A DNA stretch of 64,000 nt from Candidatus Spongiisociaceae bacterium (GTDB lineage: Bacteria > Actinomycetota > Acidimicrobiia > Spongiisociales > Spongiisociaceae), in NCBI GenBank assembly GCA_965219685.1, contig CBDCOH010000002.1, positions 2,496,001 through 2,560,000 of the forward strand, read 5' to 3'. The notes under the pieces are model-generated. The model made no database searches. It was given only the letters and a program-made list of their open reading frames with translations, and was not told the DNA's origin. A program made the position numbers and the translations under genes. Positions within the stretch are counted from its first letter, which is position 1. Every line of letters begins with the position of its first letter. This document shows positions 61,652 through 64,000 of this stretch, piece after piece.

Positions 61652-61887
61652 CGCTCTCAAATCTGCCGGGGGCCACTACGACCGGCTCGGCGCAACCCGA
61701 TCTCGGACACAAGCTTAGGAATCCTGCCCGGCTAAGCACCAAGCCCGAGTTGGGCATCCCGATGCGTGATCCAGGCACCGAGTCCGTCGCTCGCCTGCCC
61801 GGCTCGGCAGGAACGATTCCGAACGCTATGGCGTTGAACAGGGATAGAATGATCGATACCGGGCCCGATGACTAGGACTGGCCAACC

Positions 61888-62532
61888 ATGAGACGATTGC
61901 TACGCTCCTTAGCCTCGGCTGCGGCGCTCGCCGTGCTCCTCTCGGCCTGCGGCGGCGGAGGCAACCCGGACACGATCACGTACCGCGATGCGGACAACCG
62001 ATCGCTCTTCGAGTTGCCCAACGACTGGCATCTCTATCGCGCCGACGAACTCGTCCAGGTAGCGCCCGTACCCTTCCTCCCCGATACGGGCGGCAACATA
62101 GTCTCCTTCGTCGCCTTCGACGGCGCCGCAGGTCGCAATCTGGGGAACGTCGCCCTGGACGCGGCCGCCTCCGAGTTCCCCGTCGGCGCCCAGATCATCC
62201 GCCAGATAAGCGACACGGAGAGAAACGACATCTCGAACCGGTCGATGGCGCTGTCGGCCTACAACGCGTACACCGCCGGCCTGGGCGTGGAGATGCTCAA
62301 CCTGGCCGAGGATCCCTCATTCGACCGGAACTACGACGGCATCCGTGGCTACCTGGGGGTGACGCTGCAGGACGGTAGCCTGGAAGGGGTCATCTACGTG
62401 CGGGCCGTGCATAATCCTGATATGACGGAGTTGTATTCGATGGCAGCCGGCTGCTCGCTGGATTGTTTCACGAGAGAGCGGGACGTGATAGAAGAGGCTG
62501 TCAACTCCTGGGTCATCAACACGAGAAGGTAG
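61888..62532 (+). CDS. Hypothetical lipoprotein
   Basis: Lipobox LSAC; C-terminal CSLDC. Confidence 0.75.
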   Translation: MRRLLRSLASAAALAVLLSACGGGGNPDTITYRDADNRSLFELPNDWHLYRADELVQVAPVPFLPDTGGNIVSFVAFDGAAGRNLGNVALDAAASEFPVGAQIIRQISDTERNDISNRSMALSAYNAYTAGLGVEMLNLAEDPSFDRNYDGIRGYLGVTLQDGSLEGVIYVRAVHNPDMTELYSMAAGCSLDCFTRERDVIEEAVNSWVINTRR

Positions 62533-62539
62533 GCACACG

Positions 62540-64000
62540 ATGAAGGCCGACGTCAGACGCCGCTCTCCCACCTGGGACCGTATAAAGTTCATCGTGCTGA
62601 TCCTTTTCTTCCTGGGCGTCAGTGTCAGCGCCAAGGTGAATGCACCGTTCACGACCTTCGCCCAGGCGGTGCAGGATACGTGGAACGAGACCTTCGGCCG
62701 TATCCTGATAATCGCCCTGCCGCTGGAGATCCTGCGCCAGATCCACTATTACGTGTCCGAGAAGGTCGGTCCGTACAACCGCTTCTGGTCGCATGGGTTC
62801 TTCGGTGGGATGGAACGACAGGCACACCGCCGGTTCAAGCCGTGGACGCGCTTCCGGTTGGGCCGCTACGTCCGGATCGTGGTCTTCCTCCTGATCCTGG
62901 GGGCGGTGGTCGACTACTTCGTGGCCGATGTGAGCAGTCCGATCGAGGCGATCGTCCAGTTGCCGCGCATCCTGGCTCGCAACCTGCAGCAGTTCATCAT
63001 GTTCCTGTTCTACCCCCTGTTCCTGATCCTCCAGTTCGGGGCACTGTTCTGGTTCCTGTCCCGCGGGGGCGTGGACACGGTCATGCCGGAGGAGATAGAG
63101 ACCCGCTACTCGGACGTGTGGGGCCAGGACCATGTGCTCGATCTTGTGCAGGAGAACGTCGGATTCCTCGAGAAGCCGGACGAGATCGAGGCCAAGGGCG
63201 GTTACATCCCGGGCGGGATCCTGCTCTGGGGACCGCCGGGAACCGGCAAGACGCTCATCGCCGAGGCCACCGCCGGTGAGGTCGGCATCCCGTTCGTGTT
63301 CGTCGAGCCCGGTGCCTTCGTCAACATGTTCATGGGCGTGGGCATCCTCAAGGTCAAGGGCCTGTTCCGCAAGCTGCGCAAGCTGGCCCTGCGACACGGC
63401 GGGGTGATCGTGTTCTTCGACGAGGCCGACGCCCTGGGAAGCCGCGGCGCCCTGGCCCAGGGTGGTGGACCACCGCAGCCCGCCCACCCCCTGTCGGACA
63501 TCGCGGGATGCAATGGCCCGTCCTACCTCAGCGCGCAGTCGATGAGCATCATCGAAGACGGATTCGCGGTGGCGGGTCCGTCACCCGCCGAGTCGGACAA
63601 CCCGGGCCCGGGAACCCTCCTCGACCGCATCATCGTGGGCGGCGGGATGGGAGGCGGCGGGATGGGAACGCTCCAGGCGCTGCTCACCGAGATCTCCGGC
63701 CTCAAGAAGCCCAGGGGCATCACCAACAAGTTCCGGAAGATGCTGGGCATGAAGCCCAAGCCTCCCCCCAAGTACCGGATCTTCATCATGATGGCCACCA
63801 ACATGCCCAGCGTGCTGGATCCGGCACTGCTGCGGCCCGGCCGGATAGACCGGATCTACAAGGTCGGCTACCCCACCAAGGAGGGAAGGAAACGGACCTT
63901 CGAGGGCTACCTGGCCAAAGTGGAACACAGCCTGACGAAGCATCAGATCGACGAGTTGGCCGCCAAGACGCCGTACTACTCGGGCGCCAAGGTCAAGGAC
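62540..64000 (+). CDS. Membrane-anchored FtsH-like AAA+ ATPase, truncated by the window end
   Basis: MKADVRRR.. start, TMs, GPPGTGKT, FVNMFMG pore loop, FFDEAD, ATN..LDPALLRPGRIDR. Confidence 0.88.
   Translation, partial: MKADVRRRSPTWDRIKFIVLILFFLGVSVSAKVNAPFTTFAQAVQDTWNETFGRILIIALPLEILRQIHYYVSEKVGPYNRFWSHGFFGGMERQAHRRFKPWTRFRLGRYVRIVVFLLILGAVVDYFVADVSSPIEAIVQLPRILARNLQQFIMFLFYPLFLILQFGALFWFLSRGGVDTVMPEEIETRYSDVWGQDHVLDLVQENVGFLEKPDEIEAKGGYIPGGILLWGPPGTGKTLIAEATAGEVGIPFVFVEPGAFVNMFMGVGILKVKGLFRKLRKLALRHGGVIVFFDEADALGSRGALAQGGGPPQPAHPLSDIAGCNGPSYLSAQSMSIIEDGFAVAGPSPAESDNPGPGTLLDRIIVGGGMGGGGMGTLQALLTEISGLKKPRGITNKFRKMLGMKPKPPPKYRIFIMMATNMPSVLDPALLRPGRIDRIYKVGYPTKEGRKRTFEGYLAKVEHSLTKHQIDELAAKTPYYSGAKVKD

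Overview
GC-rich, actinobacterial-type chromosomal window. The senX3/regX3-like pair, DUF222-HNH gene, caa3 oxidase layout and frequent TAnnnT -10 boxes 6-9 nt before start codons point to Acidimicrobiia; this taxonomy is inference. It opens inside an IS110 element whose 5' non-coding end folds into a readable two-loop bridge RNA with guides matching the element's own right end and flanking DNA. Next come a hydrolase, polX, malic enzyme, and a full pstSCAB-phoU-regX3-senX3 operon whose pstS carries an 850-bp near-perfect internal duplication. These are followed by an NHLRC2/SOQ1-like lipoprotein, nfuA, two tandem acyl-CoA ligases (one with altered catalytic motifs) and an HD-domain protein/IclR/deoD block. 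The centre holds a lower-GC five-gene signalling island (STAS, REC-PP2C, RsbW-like kinase, periplasmic binding lipoprotein, TorS-like kinase). The right half has a TauR-like regulator with aminotransferase-ald-GcvT genes, a Rieske oxygenase cassette, a ClpX-zinc-finger/HutI-like fusion, a caa3 oxidase operon with uncharacterised accessory genes and a truncated FtsH-like AAA gene. At least ten 7-bp tandem repeat tracts occur, mostly at gene 3' ends, where they supply the stop codon. No tRNA, rRNA or CRISPR array was recognised. All calls come from motif reading; no searches were run.
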